64,000 bases of DNA from Okamejei kenojei (Eukaryota), in assembly GCA_035221665.1 (NCBI GenBank), contig CM069133.1, positions 35,340,001 to 35,404,000 on the forward strand, given 5' to 3'. Below are positions 14,128 to 28,419 of the stretch, piece after piece. The position numbers and the translations under genes are program-made. The notes below the pieces were generated by a model. It was not told the origin of the DNA. It saw only the letters and a program-made list of their open reading frames with translations, and did not search any database. Within the stretch, counting starts at the first letter, position 1. Each line of letters starts with the position of its first letter.

Positions 14128-15246
14128 TCCTCTCTCCCTTCTCTCTCCCCTCCCGCTCTCCTCTCTCCTTCTCTCCTTCTTCCCACTACTCTCTCCCTCT
14201 CTTCTCTCCGTCGCTCCCCTCTCACCCTCTCCCTCTCTTCTTTCTCCCCTCTACCTCACTCCCTTCCCCCCTCGCTTTCTCTCCTTCTCTCCTTCTCTCC
14301 TTCTTCCCTCCACTCTCTCCCTCTCTTCTCTACCTCGTTCCCCTCTCCTCCTCTCCCCCTCTCCCTCTCTTCTTTCTCCCCTCTACCTCACTCGCTTCCC
14401 CCCTCGCTTTCTCTCCTCTCTCCTTCTTCCCTCCACTCTCTCCCTCTCTTCTCTACCTCGTTCCCCTCTCCTCCTCTCCCCCCTCTCCCTCTCTTCTTTC
14501 TCCCCTCTACCTGACTCCCTTCCCCCCTCGCTTTCTCTCCTCTCTCCTTCTTCCCTCCACTCTCTCCCTCTCTTCTCTACCTCGTTCCCCTCTCCTCCTC
14601 TCCCCCTCTCCCTCTCTTCTTTCTCCCCTCTACCTCACTCCCTCCCCCCTCGCTTTCTCTCCTTCTCTCCTTCTTCCCTCCACTCTCTCCCTCTTCCCTG
14701 TCCCCCTCACTTTCACTCTCCCCTCTCCCCCTCTTCCCTTTATCTCTCCCCCTCACCCTTTCCCTCCTCCTCTTCCCTCCTGACTCTCCCCTCTCCCTCT
14801 ATTCTTTCTCCTCTCTCCCTCACTCCCTCCCCCCTCCCCCTGAATCTTCCCTCGCCCCCTCCCCCTCAATCTTCCCTCTTCTCCATCACTCTTCTCTATT
14901 CGCCACCTTAACAATCTTTCCTCACCTCTCTCTTTCCCTCTCTCTCCCTTTTTTTCTCTCTCTCACTCCCTCCCGCTCCCTCTACTCCCCCTCCCCCTCT
15001 CCCCCTCTCCCCCTCTCCCCTCCTCTCTATCCACTCTTTCCCCTCTCCCTCCCCTCTCCCCTCTCTCCTCTCCACTCTTTCCTCTTTCTCCTCTCTCTCT
15101 CATCTCTTCCCTCTCGCTCCCCCTTCTCCCCTCTTTCCCCCTCTCCCCACTCTCCCCCTCTTTCCCATCTCCCGCTCCCCCCTTGCCCTCTCACCATCTC
15201 AACCCTCTTTACTCTTCATCTCCCCACCTTTCACCATCGCCCCTCC
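14128..15246. repeat. 1.1-kb polypyrimidine/polypurine tract with ~120-bp higher-order repeats
   Basis: Almost entirely C/T on the plus strand; unit ...CTCTACCTCACTCCCTTCCCCCCTCGCTTTCTCTCC... present about 4 times. Confidence 0.9.
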
Positions 15247-16365
15247 GTGGACCCCTATCACTTTGTTGTGTGCTTCTCTGAGTTAGTCACAGAGTCGTAC
15301 AGCATGGAAACAGGGCCTTCAGCCCAACAGCCAGACAGACCAACATGCCCCTGCACTAGTCCCACTTGCCTGCTTTTGGCCCAGATCCTTCTAAACCTAC
15401 CACATTCATGTCCCAATCTATCCCATGTCCCGGGACCCTTTTTCAACTAGGAGCTTGAAAGCCCGATATCCAGACTTAAAAGCAGCTTCCTCCCCGCCAC
15501 TATCTATGGCCAGCACAGAGGTGCAGTGGTAGAGTTGTTGCCTCACAGCGCCAGAGATCTGGGTTTGATCCTGAGTATGGGTGCTGTCTGTATGGAGTTT
15601 GTACGTTGGTTTTCTCCGGGTGCTCCAGTTTTCCCCTTTATTCTCAAGACGTGCAGGTTTGGCTTCTGTAAATTGCCCCTAGTGGCTAAGGGAATCAGGG
15701 GGTATGGAGCGAAGGCAGGCACGGGCTGCCATGATCATATTGAATGGCGGTGCAGGCTCGAAGGGCCGAATGGCCTACTCCTGCACCTACTTTCTATGTT
15801 TCTATGTCTACAGTGTGTAGGATAAAACTAGTGTACAGAATGATCGCTGGTCGTCATGCACTGTATGGCGGAAGGGCCTGTTTCCACACTGTATCTCTAA
15901 ACTATACTAAATTAAACACTTGAACCAACTATCTCATTCACACCCCATTGCCAGAGGTGCTCGCACAAACTCTACCTCATATGGTTATTATGTTTTTGTA
16001 ATTACCTGTGTAATTTTTTGTAATTACAGTGATGTGACCTGGGGTCATCGGGTGCTTCGGGTCTCACAACATCAGGCACCGTCGCCCAGGCGTCCCAGAC
16101 GGGGTTGATCAGGCCCTGACTTGCGACCCAGCAGCAATCGCCCACAGATCAGCCCACTTAATCCAAAGCCACCTAGTGGCTTTCTCTGGGGCTTCGCTTG
16201 CGGATTGAATGGCCCTCTTCTTTGTCAGCCCAACTGGTTGAGGACTTTGAAGAGTGAGCGTCCTGCAAAGCCTCCACTGCTCAACTCTATGGGCTCATAG
16301 TATGTCTTCCAGCCACTGGCCTGGCACATCTCCACCATTTCCTGGTATTTTGTGCTTTTCCTCAC

Positions 16366-16366
<1 letters not shown>

Positions 16367-16405
<39 letters not shown>

Positions 16406-16483
16406 ACACATGCACATATATATATACACATGGACATACATATATATCTACACATAGATACACATACACATACACCCACACAT

Positions 16484-16530
<47 letters not shown>

Positions 16531-16617
16531 TGCATACAACATGCTGGAGTAACTCAGCAGGTCAGTCATCATCTTTGGAGAAATGGTTCGAGATCCTTCA
16601 GATGCAGAGATCATCAA

Positions 16618-16670
<53 letters not shown>
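16367..16670. repeat. (TA)n/(CA)n/(GT)n microsatellite cluster
   Basis: Direct inspection. Confidence 0.95.
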
Positions 16671-16732
16671 ATATATGTTTATATATAAATATATATTTAT
16701 GATGAACTTTTTTCCATTTATTATATTGTTTA

Positions 16733-16869
16733 NNNNNNNNNNNNNNNNNNNNNNNNNNNNNNNNNNNNNNNNNNNNNNNNNNNNNNNNNNNNNNNNNNNN
16801 NNNNNNNNNNNNNNNNNNNNNNNNNNNNNNNNNNNNNNNNNNNNNNNNNNNNNNNNNNNNNNNNNNNNN
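16733..16869. other. Assembly gap (137 N)
   Basis: Run of N. Confidence 1.
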
Positions 16870-18584
16870 CGGCCCTAAATGTTGCCTATCTCCTTCGCTC
16901 CTTAGATGCTGCTGCACCCGCTGAGTTTCTCCAGCTTTTTGTGTACCCACGCATATATATATATTTATGTATTTATATATACACGTATATCTTTCTCCAT
17001 TCTGCTATTTTGCTCTTGTCGTTGAATGTCTTGCTGTATTTATCATTGCTATATGTTTACTGTTTACTCCATGCGTCTCAAGTGAACAAGCAATTTCATT
17101 GCGCCCTGTTGGAAATGACAATAAACTAATCTGATCTGTGACTTCCATTGCTGATCATGAGACTGCACTTCTCAGGGTCAATCAATTGGAAATGTGTTAT
17201 CCACAACAACTCTAACTAGGTGTAGTTTCCATGGATACTTTACCGATGGAAGCGGTCCCTATGGACACTCGTTCAATAGGTATTTTCCGGATAAGCTTTC
17301 TGGATACAGTATCTGTTCACATATACATTACTATTAGTAACGAACAAGGGATTGAAAACCCCTCTAGTGACAGATTTCAGAAATTGCACAAAATTGACGA
17401 ATTGCACTGATTTATTATCAGGAAGATTTTTTTACTAAAAATAAATGTGTTCAATTATTTACAATAAGCAAGCAACACCAAACACACCCACCACCAAATA
17501 CAAAAATGACCAATTACTCTTACTACTAAATATTAAATAACTATATTACAATCCGGTTCTACGATACATTCGGGAAAAAGATGGACTGTTTTATTCTTGA
17601 AGAAGTGCAAAAATATTTAAATTACAAAAACATAATAACCGTATGTTTTATTCTTTTGCAAAACACAACGAGCTGCGGTAAGTCAACAGGTCAGAACATA
17701 GAACATAAAACAGTACAGCACAGGAATAAGCCCTTCGGCCCACAATGTCTATGTTGAACATAATGCCAAGACTAACTCCTGCCTGCACTTAACACATATC
17801 ACTCCTTCCCTCGGGCCAGATGGCACAGCCTCAGAATAAAAGGACATACCTTTAGAAAGGAGATGAGGAGGAATTTCTTTAGCCTGAGGGTAGTGAGTTT
17901 GTGGAATTCATTGCCACAGAAGGTTGTGGAGGCCGTCAATTAATATTTTTAAGGCAGAGTTACAGCAGATAAATTCTTGATTAGTACAGGTGTCAGGGGT
18001 TATGGGGAGAAGGCAGGAGAATGGGCTTGAGAGGCAAAGATTAACTATCGGATCTGCCTCCACTACCATCCCTGGCAAAGCATTCCAGATACTCACCACC
18101 CTCTGTATTAAAAACTTGCCCTGCACATCTCCTTTAAACTTTATCACTCTCACCTGAAAGCTCTGTCTCCTAATATTTGATAAATCTATCCTGGGAAAAA
18201 GTTTTGATTCTTTCATTTCTACTCCTTTCATCTAAATTACTAAAAGTCTGATCTTGACCGCTATTGGCTTACTGTGGTTTGATTTCCGAGTGAATGCCGC
18301 CACCTACGGCCGTCATTTTTGGCCAGCTCGCTCAGAGCCCCCCTCCGCCTTCCTGGACCAGAGGATTTTTCCCATTGATGAAAAATCAGAGAGATGTTAA
18401 TGTTTTTTTTAAATTGCCATTCTCTCTGCTGCCCCTGCTGGAGGGAAGGGGAGGGGCTATAAAACCAGGAAGCGGTGTGCCTCACTCAGTCTCTGCAAGA
18501 TGGAGGAATCCAGAGGGTTCCGTCTCTCTGCGCTCTGAATAGCACTGAACGCATGTCTACTCAACTGTGAGTGCCCTTAATGTG

Positions 18585-19027
18585 GTTCTAAAATGCTTGC
18601 AAAACGTGTCTATTGGTTTTAAAATGCTTGCAAAAAGTGTCTCTCTTGCTTCTAAAATGCATGCAGAAAGTGTCTCTATTGGTTCTAAAATGCTTGCAGA
18701 AAGTGTCTATTGGTTCTAAAATGCTTGCAGAAAGTGTCTATTGGTTCTAACATGCTTGCAAAAAGTGTCTATTGGTTCTAAAATGCTTGCAAAAAATGTC
18801 TATTGGTTCTAAAATGCTTGCACAAAGTGTGTATTGGTTCTAAATGTTTGCAAAAAGTGCCTATTGGTTCTGAAATGGTTGCAAAAAGTGTCTCTATTGG
18901 TTCTAAAGTGATTGAAAAGTATTGGTTCTAAAATGGTTGCAGAAAGTGTCTCTATTGGTTCTAAAATGCTTGCAAAAAGTGTGTCTGTTGGTTCTAAAAT
19001 GCTTGCAAAAAGTGTCTCTATTGGTTC
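18585..19027. repeat. 31-33 bp minisatellite inside the Helitron (continues 21299-21380)
   Basis: About 14 copies of TATTGGTTCTAAAATGCTTGCAAAAAGTGTC(TC). Confidence 0.9.
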
Positions 19028-21298
19028 GTTTTTTATTAAATATTTTTATTAGACGTAAGTACATATTAATCGAATATACTTCTCACATACATTCGTAATT
19101 TTATTAATATTAACAATTATGTCTTATATATTTCTATACTTTTTTTGCAGGTAAGAAAAGATAGAGAAAAATTAAGTAAGAGTAGGAAATCAAAAATAAA
19201 GAAATGAATCGAGTTTTAAAAAAGTTATCCATCATTGGAGATATATCCATGATTTGTTCTATGTGATTCTTCATCTATTCCATTATTCAGGCTTCAGTCA
19301 GGCTCTCGTACCGAGTCATTTTGACTCTTTAGATATTCAACAAATGGAGACCATATTCCTCTGAAAAGATCCAACTTGTCCAATAGGACAAGCCTTAATC
19401 TTTCCAGATGAAGTGTCTCCGACATTCCTGTAATCCACATTTTGATTGTGGGGGATGTAGGACCTTTCCAGAATTTCAATATTAATTTTTTCCCAATTAT
19501 TAGACTATAATCAATAAAAAATATTTGATTTGTTGTTATTAATTGATCTGTTTCTAATATTCCCAGTATTATTAACTTTGAGTCAGGGATCAGATTCATA
19601 TTAACAACATTCGAAATTATCTTAAATATCTCTGTCCAAAATTTAGTAATTTTTACACAATTTGTAAATGAGTGCGTTAAGTTAGCTTCTCAGTGTTGAC
19701 ATTTATCACATATGGCAGATACATTTGAAAAAATACAATGTAGTTTAGATTTTGAATAATGTAGTCTATGTAATGTTTCAAATTGTATAATAGAGTGTCT
19801 AGCATTTAACGAGCAGTGGTGTATATGCTGTAGACTTTCATCCCATATTTCAGGTCTAATGATTTGACCTAATTCGTTTTCCCATGATTGCCTATATATT
19901 TCTGTCATTGGGACCTATTTTATCCAGTAAAATATTATAAATATATGATATCAATTTTTCTGTGTTCGGGTGTTTATTTAGGCATTCATCTAAAATTTCT
20001 GTCTTTCTATTTCTAATTTCCTGTGTATTTGCTTTTACATAGTCTCTAATTTGTAGATATCTAAAGTAATCTTTTGAATGTAATCCATAAATGTGTTGTA
20101 ATTCTTGAAATTGTCATTGTCGACTTCAGAAAGAACAGAGGGGGCAGACACACCCCCATCCATATAAACGGGACTGGGGTGGAGCGGGTCTCCAACTACA
20201 AATTCCTTGGGGTACACATCTCGGAGGATCTGTCCTGGTCGCTCAACACCTCCAAGCTGATCAAAAAGGCGCAGCAGGGCCTTTACTTCCTGAGGAGGCT
20301 CAAAAAAGCCCACCTGTCCCCCCAGATCCTGACCAACTTTTACCGCTGTACCATTGAAAGCATCCTGACCACCTGATTTACGGTATGGTACAGCAGTTGC
20401 ACCGTAGCAGACAGGAAGGCACTACAACGGGTGGTGAAAACCGCCCAGTACATCATCGGTGCCCCGCTCCCTGCCATGGATGCCCTCCACCGAAAACGGT
20501 GTCTGAAACGGGCTGGGAAGATCATCAAGGACCCCCTCCCACCCTAACCATCGACTGTTTGCCCTCCTACCATCGGGGAGGCGGTACAGGAGCCTCAGGT
20601 CCCGCACCAGCAGGATGAGGAGTAGCTTCTACAATAACACCATCGCACTGCTGAACTCGGAGACCCGCCGATAGATTTCCACATCTGTACTTACTTATCT
20701 GTATTTATCTATATATTGCTATCACTTCGTACTGTCACTAAACTGCATTTCGTTGTACCCATACTTGTATCTGTGCAATGACATTAAAGTTGAATTGAAT
20801 TGAAATGAAAGGAAAGAATTTTCCCTGTAGAGATCTCCCCTTATGAATTCCATAGTTTTTCCATTGTAAAAAACCTTTGTCCATCATTGAGGGTTTAAAT
20901 GTAACATTATTTACAATGGTAAGGGCTAGTGGTATACATTCCAATTTTAGTGTTTTCTTTATTTGTTTCCAGATACGTATTCCACTTTCTATTATAAGGT
21001 TTTCACTATAGGTTTTCTTACCTATTTTAATATTGGCGAATAAAATCGAACTAATTTCAAAAGACGAACAATCTTCTTTTTCCATTTTTAACCAGGTTGG
21101 TTGTTTATCTGTCTCTACAAACCAAAAATTCATATTTTTAATATTAACTGCCCAGTAGTAAAACATAAAGTTTGGTAGCGCTAGACCTTCATTTATTTTT
21201 GGTTTACATAAATGTTTTTTGTTTATTCTATGGCAATTATAATCCCAGATAAAGTTGGTGACTATAGAATCAACCTTCTTAAAAAAATGTTTAGGATT
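19028..21298 (-). mobile_element. 5'-truncated L1-clade LINE (ORF2 C-terminal part)
   Basis: YYWAVN, zinc-knuckle-region HHCSLNARHSIIQFETLHRLHYS..CDKC, KKLILKFWK..W..LERLR..IWSPF; A-rich tail at ~19030. Confidence 0.85.
20112..20803 (+). mobile_element. Rex1/Babar LINE 3' fragment nested in the L1
   Basis: IVDFRK..VERVSNYKFLGVHISEDLSWS..YFLRRLKK..FYRCTIESILT; (TTGAA)n tail; TTGAAAT duplicated at 20105 and 20800. Confidence 0.85.
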
Positions 21299-24200
21299 TA
21301 TCTATTGGTTCTAAAATGCTTGCAAAAAGTATCTCTGTTGGTTCTAAAATGCTTGCAAAAAGTGTCTCTATTGGTTCTAAGATGCTGCCTGGCCAGAGTG
21401 ACTGAGCTGCCTGGCCAGAGTGACTGAGCTGCCAGCCCAAGAATCCATTCGGCCCACAATGTCCATACTAGCCCTCTGGAAACCAGTCCCTTTGACCCAC
21501 AACACACATGCTAGTGCTCCAGAAAGTCCCCCCCCCCCCCCCCCCCCTACTGGCCAGCAATATTGGAATTGGTGGAGAGATGGAATATTGCATTGGGGGA
21601 CCAGCCCTCCCGTGTGAAGCTGGGACCCAACAGGTCCCACTTAGTCTAGTAATTTTATATAATTCGAACAGGTCTTTCTAGAGAAAATAATCAAAGTCTG
21701 TGCAACCTCTCTGTGCACTAATACCCCCTAATTCAGACATCATTCTGGTAAGCCTACTCTGCACCCTCTCCAAAGGCTTCCCATCCTTCCTGTAATGGGG
21801 TGACCAATACTCCAAATAAGGCCTAACCTTAGTCTAGTTTAGTTTAGTTTCGTTTAGTTTAGAGATACAGCGTGGAAACAGGCTCTTCGCCCCACCGAGC
21901 CACCCCGACTAGCTATCTCCGCACACTTACATTCTCCGACGCACACTAGGGACAATTTACATTTATACCGAGCCAATTAGCTTACAAACTTGTACGTCTT
22001 TGGAGTGTGGGAGGAAACCGAAGATCTCGGAGAAAACCCACACGGTTCACGGAGAGAACGTAAAAACTCCGTACAGACAAACAGCCACAATCAGGATCGA
22101 ACCTGGGTCCATGCCGTTGTAAGCAGTATCTCTACCGCTATGCCACCATGCTGCCTATGCCACCATGCGAGTCCTGTAAGGCTGCATCATGACTTCCTGA
22201 CTCTAATACTCAATAATCTGATCAATGAAGGCAAGCATACCATATGCCTTCTTTACCACTGTATCTACTTGTGTTGCCACTTTCAGGGACTTGGACCCAA
22301 AGATCCCTCTGTACATCAATGCTGATAAGGGTCATGCCAATAATTATATATTCTCTCCGGCCTGAATATTATCCTTCCACCACATCCCTCTGCCTTCTAT
22401 CAGTAATCCAGTTCGGAATCCATCTGATCAGGTCACTGTGAATCCTGTGTACCTTAATCTTCTGATGACAATGATACTTTATTGTCACTTGTACCTATGT
22501 ATTGAGACACAGTGCAAATCATGCTATAGATAAGCACAATCATAAATAAATGCAAAAGTGCAACAATTGTAGTGTAATGGTCGACTTCACCGAGACGGTA
22601 AACATAGGGTCGCCACATTTCTGCTGCCCACAAAGTTTCAAAGTTGTTAAGAGCACAGTCTTATCTCGGCCTTAAAGGCCCGTTGTCTTGGAGACACCGA
22701 TCCTCTCCCATGAACCGCCGCCATCTTGAAAACAGCCCTCTGACTAGCGTCCGCTATTGTTGCCGACACCCTCCCCCCCTCCTTTCCCGGTTCCTGGTCT
22801 TCGGAATTGAGCAGGAGACCAGCCTCGGACGACTCCAGTTGGGTTCCTGGTTCCGCAGCCGATAAGCCAGGCCTGCTGCGGCTCACCGGCAGCTTCTGCT
22901 GCCCCGCGCGGCTGATCGGGAGCTGATGGCCTGCCATGGGGGAGTTGCCTTATCAATTGCCTTATCAATATCCATGCCAGGAAGCACATGTGAAGAACTC
23001 AGGTCCAGAACATGTCAATTACCTGTTTTATAGTCCCACTTGGTATTAAGGCTAGGGATGAAGGTTAACTGTTGGAGACTGAGAACAAACTGAGATTGGA
23101 GAGTGATTGGAAATTTTATCAGTAATCAATGGTGGAGCAGCAGGTAGAGCTGCTGCCTCCAGCACCATAGACCAAGGTTAGTTCCTGACCTCGACTGCTG
23201 TCTGTAGGAGTTTGCACGTTCTCCCTGTGACAGCATGGCTTCCTCGTGGTGCTCCCACTCCCCAAAGACATGCAGGTTTTGTAGGTTAATTGGCCCTCTG
23301 CAAATTGACCCTCGTGTGTAGGAAGTGGATTCAGAAGTGAGATAACATACAATGAGTGTAAACGGGTGATCAATGGTCAACGTGGATTCAATAGACAACA
23401 GACAATAGGTGCAAGAGTAGGCCATACGGCCCTTCAAGCCAGCACCACCATTCAATGTGAACATGGCTGATCATCCACAATCAGTACCCAGTTCCTGCCT
23501 TCTCCCCATATCCCCTGACTCCGCTATCTGCAAGAGCCCTATCGTGCTCTCTCTTGAAAGTTTCCAGGGAAGTGGCATCTACCACCCTCTGAGGCAGAGA
23601 ATTCCACAGACTCACAACTCTCTGCGTGAAAAAGTGTTTCCTCATCTCTGTAATAATTAGATGGGCCGAAGGGCCTGTTTCCATGCTGGATCTTTCAAAC
23701 CATTAATGAAAAACAATGAGTTGGAGTTAAATCTGATTTGAAACACAAGCAACTTCCATTGCCGAAATCTGGAGCAAAATACAATCTGCAGGAGGAACTC
23801 AGCAGGTCAGGCAGCATCTGTGGAGTGGAAGGAGTTGATGATGTATCGGGACAGAGAAAGATGGATATCAAGAGGAGAGTGAGAGGGGTGAGAGAGAGGG
23901 CGGTAATCATTGGTGGATTGAGGAGGGGGGTGAAGTCTCTAACAAAAGGTTTTAGCATGAAATGACGACAGATCAATTCTCCTCCTCAGACGCTGCCTGA
24001 CTGGCTGAGTTGCTCCAACAGTTTTTTTTCTGAAATCAGATTTGAGTCCCACATTCCCTGAGGGGTTCCTCTTCGAGGATAACAATGGAAAGATCATGAG
24101 TTTGTTGTCATAGGGATGTAGGCTCTTCAGCCCATCAACCACTTGTTTACACTAATCCTAACATAACCCATTTTATTAGTCGTAGAGTCATACAGCACAG

Positions 24201-24859
24201 AAACAGGCTCTTCAACCAACCTATTCATGCCAACCAAAATGTCCCATCTTAGCTAGTCCTATTTATCCATGCCTGGCCCTTATCCCTCTACGCCTGTCCT
24301 ATCCATGCACCTGTCATTTAACTGCTCTTATGGTACCTGTACAACTACCTCCTTTAGATTAGTTTCGAGATACAGCTCAAAAGCAGGCCCTTCGGCCCAC
24401 CGAGTCCGTGCCGACCAGCAATCCCACGCACACTTGGGACAATCAGGGCCTGATTTAGATGAAGAGAGGCCCTAAGCTATTTCACTTGTGAGCCCTCCCC
24501 CCCCCCCCCCCCCTAAATCCCCCCCCCCGCCCCCAATCCCCCCCCCCCATCCCCCAACCCCACAAGGCTGATTCGGAAGTCCTATAGTTGGGAAATATTT
24601 CTTAAAGAATTGTTCCTTATTGACAATTATATTGCAAAACCCGAATCAAGTCTGAATCAAAAAGGCTAACTTATAACTAAACAAACAGGCTCACTACTTA
24701 ATAAACAAACAACTCACAAAGCAGTTTGGTAGACCAATTCAAAACTTTACTAATTATCGGCCGATGGAAGTGGCAAGGAAAACAAACTCCAGCGAAGTGA
24801 GCAACAGACAATTGGCCGTCCTCTCTCCACTTCCCTGAACACAGAATTACATAGTATTA

Positions 24860-25500
24860 TATACTGTTGAGGCAGCTGATGTCCTGCCGACAGTTTAAAA
24901 TAAAATGGTCTAAGGCCGGAAGATGGCCATGACGTGGGGTCCAAGAGGAGGGGGTCCGTTGGTCAAAAGGGATCATCAATGGGGGCGAGGACACTTTCCC
25001 ATGGAAGAATGGTGTGAGGCAGAAGCGACGGAAGAAGAGCTCCAAATCGCGGCGGGAACGGAACTCATTGAGGTGTGTATGGAGGGGGACAAAGGTGAGG
25101 CCTCTGCTGCAGACAAACCATTCGGTATCTGAGAGGGAGAGGTCAGGGGGGATGGTGAACACATGGCGGGGATGGGGGTTGGGGCTGGAGGAAGGCAGGT
25201 GAGTGGACTGAGGCCGAGGTGATATCTGGTGGGGGGGGGGGGGGGGAGGTAGTGGGTGGTCAGGGGATAGGGGGGTATGAGGACTGTAGTGTGGGTGGGG
25301 AAGTGCTGCGGTCACATGGTTTGGGGGGAATGGGGAAGATCCAGTGGAACAGCCACTGAGGTTACCAGAGTTGGGGGGACTAGCATTAGGACCCAGCGCA
25401 GTCAAACCCAGGGGAGTGGGAATCTGCAGCATGGAAACCAAAGATACTAGAGGAGCTCCATTGCTGAGTTCAGGCTTGCAGATAAGGCGACGGCTTCGGG
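24860..25500 (-). mobile_element. Penelope-like element 5' ORF fragment
   Basis: VFTIPPDLSLSDTEWFVCSRGLTFVPL..DLELFFRR resembles the Penelope N-terminal region. Confidence 0.6.
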
Positions 25501-25609
25501 CTGCTGGAGGGCGGTGGAGTGGCCAGGGTCGGCGGGCAAAGCGTGGGAGGTCCCAGTGGGCGGATGGTCGGTGGGGTGGTGAGGTTCGACGAGTCCGGTG
25601 TGGCGGCGA

Positions 25610-25790
25610 TGTGAGTCCGCCCCAGGTGCGGCAGCGAGGTGGGTCAGCCCCCAGTGTGCCGGCGAGGTGGGTAGGCCCCCAGTGCAGTGGCGAGGTGTGT
25701 AGGCCACCCGTGCGGCGGCGAGGTGTGTAGGCCCCCCGTGCGGTGGCGAGGAGGGTAGGCTCCTAATGCGCCGGCGAGGTTCGGCAGGGG
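25610..25790. repeat. ~28-bp GC-rich tandem repeat
   Basis: GGCGAGGTG(G/T)GTAGGCCCCC..TGCGG repeated about 6 times. Confidence 0.75.
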
Positions 25791-28419
25791 AAAAGGGTTA
25801 AATAAACTACATAACTTTTGCTTTGTCCTGCACTTCTAATGATCCAAGGATCTGTGGAGCAAATTCCTCTCCACAACGAATATAAGCCTCACCTGCATTT
25901 TAATATCTCCCCCCCCCCCCAAACCCCCCACACCACCAAAGCCTCCGGAATCGCAAGCACAGCGCCACTGATGGTAGGTTTTGTAACAACTCCACTATCG
26001 CACAGCGCCACTGATGGTAGGTTTTGTAACAACGCCACTATCTCAAAAGTGACAATTAACAGAATGGAGCTCGATCTCGATGACCTAAGCTTAAACTTGT
26101 CTAGCTTATACGTAAATCCGGCCCGGGAACAATTTATAATTAGACCAAAGCAATTAACCTACGAACCTGTACATCTTTGGAGTGTTGGAGAAAACTGGAG
26201 ATACCGGAGAAAATCCACGCAGGTCACGGGGAGAACGTACAATTCTAACGTTATACTGCCGTGCTGCCCTTTGGTCATAGAGTGGTAGAGTACGGAACAG
26301 GCCCTTCAGCCTAATCTGTCCATGCTAATCAAAATGCCCCTTCCAATGGACACGCAGCCTCCCTCGAGAACATGGATAGGTGACGTTTTGGAACGGGACA
26401 CTTCTTCAGACTGATTGTAGGTGGGAGAAGAAAGCTGGAAGAGAGGAAGGGCAGGACAAAGCTTGAGAGGTGATAGGTTGATACAGGGGGAGGGGGGAGG
26501 ACGGTTAGAGGCAGATGGTTAGACAAAGACCAGAGATGTAAAGACAGAAGGTGTGAGACAAAAGGACTGACGAGATACAAATTGTGAAGCTGGAGGATGG
26601 AAGATGTCTGACCTGCTGAGTTCCTCCAGCGCTGGTGTCTTTTTTTGGGCAAATTAAATGCTGGCCTTTTTGGCAATGGACAGATCTGATTAAATTAAAC
26701 GAAGTAGACATTGGAATAAAAAGGTAGTGATAATTTGTGAAATCCTGTCCAATTTGGGTGGCACAATGGCACAGTGGTACAGTTGCTGCCTTACAGCACC
26801 AAAGACCTGGGATCGATCCTGACTAAGGGTGTTTGTCTGTACAGAGTTTGTACATTCACTCTGTCCCTTCCTTCTTTGTTGTTTGTTTGTATGTGTTAAA
26901 TATATGTTTGTAATGTTCTTTTAGCTTGTTTTATGTGGGGGGGTGGGGGGGGGGGGGGGGGGGGGGGGTGGGGGGGGGGGGGGTGGGGGAAACTTTTTCT
27001 AATCTCTTACCTCAACGGAGATGCGATTTTTTCCAAAGATAGAGGAGTTGGCGGCCTTTGCTGGAGACTGACTTCGAGAACTCCACCGCGGGTGCCTGCG
27101 GAGTTTAACATCGTGGAGCTCACGGTCTCTGGTTAGAGACCCACTTCGGGAACACCAAGCTGCAGGAGCTTCGACCGCCCCGACGCCAAGGGCATAAATT
27201 GCCCCAAGTGTGGATGGTTTGACTGCCCCGATTGCAGGAGAATGAAAGAGGAAGAAGATTGGACTTTATTGCCTTCCCTCACAGTGAGGAACGTGGGGAA
27301 TCCCCTGTGGTGGATTTTTATGTTGACTTTTTTGTAGTTGTGTGTCCTGCTGCTTTTTTTTAGAGTGGCAGTATGGTAATTTGAATTTCACTGTACCTTA
27401 ATTGGTACATGTGACAATAAACTGACATTGAAACCTTTTCCACGTGGGGTTTCACCAGGTGCTCCGGTTTCCTCCCACATTCTAAAGACATCTGGGTTTG
27501 TAGGTTCATTGGTTTCTGTAAATTGTCCCTGGTATGAAAGATAGAACTATTGTGTGGGTGATTGCTGGTCGACGTGGGATCGGTGGGCCAATGGGCCTGT
27601 TTGCACACTGTATCTCTAAACTAAACTAATTGTACTAACGTCCTTTTGAGAAGCAAATCCAACATCGTTATTGTTTCAACATATAACAGCAGGCCCACAC
27701 CACCTTAGCCGAGTCTTAACTTCTCTCTGCAGTTCCCCAGCAAATCACTTAACTTAGATGGTCAATAAGTTCTGGGTTTACAGATGATCTTCTGACTGGA
27801 AAAGGATTTCACAACTATAGTGCATAATGCAACAGGAAGATTTGGAAACACATCAGGTTAGACATTCTGTGTGAAATGAGGAACTATACAGTGGTTTATT
27901 TTGGACTTTAGACTTGCGACATACAGCGCAGAAACAGGCCCCTAGGCCCACCGAGTCCGGCCAAACAGCATTCGCCCCATAGACTAACACCATCCTACAC
28001 ACACTAGGGACAAATTACAATTTACAGAAGCCAATTGACCTACAAACCTCACACGGCTTTGGAGGAAACCGGAGAATCTGGAGAAAACCTACGCGGTCAC
28101 GCTCAACGTAAAAATGCTTAGTTTGGTTTAGTTTGGAGATACAGAGCGGAAATGCTAACCTTCGGCCCACCAAGTCCGTACTGACTAGTGAACCCCATAT
28201 ACTATCCTACGCACTACGGACAATTTACAAATTTACCAACGCCAATTGGTAAACCACCCTACCGACCTGTATGCCTTTGGATTGTGGGGGGAAACCAAAG
28301 GAACCCCAGGCGGTCATGGGGAGAGCATAGAAACTCTGTATAGACCGCACCTGTGGTCAGGATCGCCACTGTGCCGCTCTCTTCTGTTAATTGCCACTGA
28401 ATTCACTGTTAGTTGAGCG

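Larger units (their letters stand above)
18231..21649 (+). mobile_element. Non-autonomous Helitron (interrupted by an L1)
   Basis: A|TC 5' end (TCTAAATTACTAAAAG), 3' hairpin TGGGACC-CAACA-GGTCCCA (21621-21639) and CTAG|T terminus, no TSD. The flanks rejoin into a CR1-like CCTTTCA|TAATTTTATA. Confidence 0.8.

Noticed and set aside
13971-14911. Two 270-aa Pro/Leu/Ser-rich ORFs
   Set aside because: Artefacts of the CT-rich tract, which lacks stop codons.
18585-19027. CRISPR-like ~32-bp repeat array
   Set aside because: No unique spacers, eukaryotic context, and it is internal to a Helitron; it is a minisatellite.
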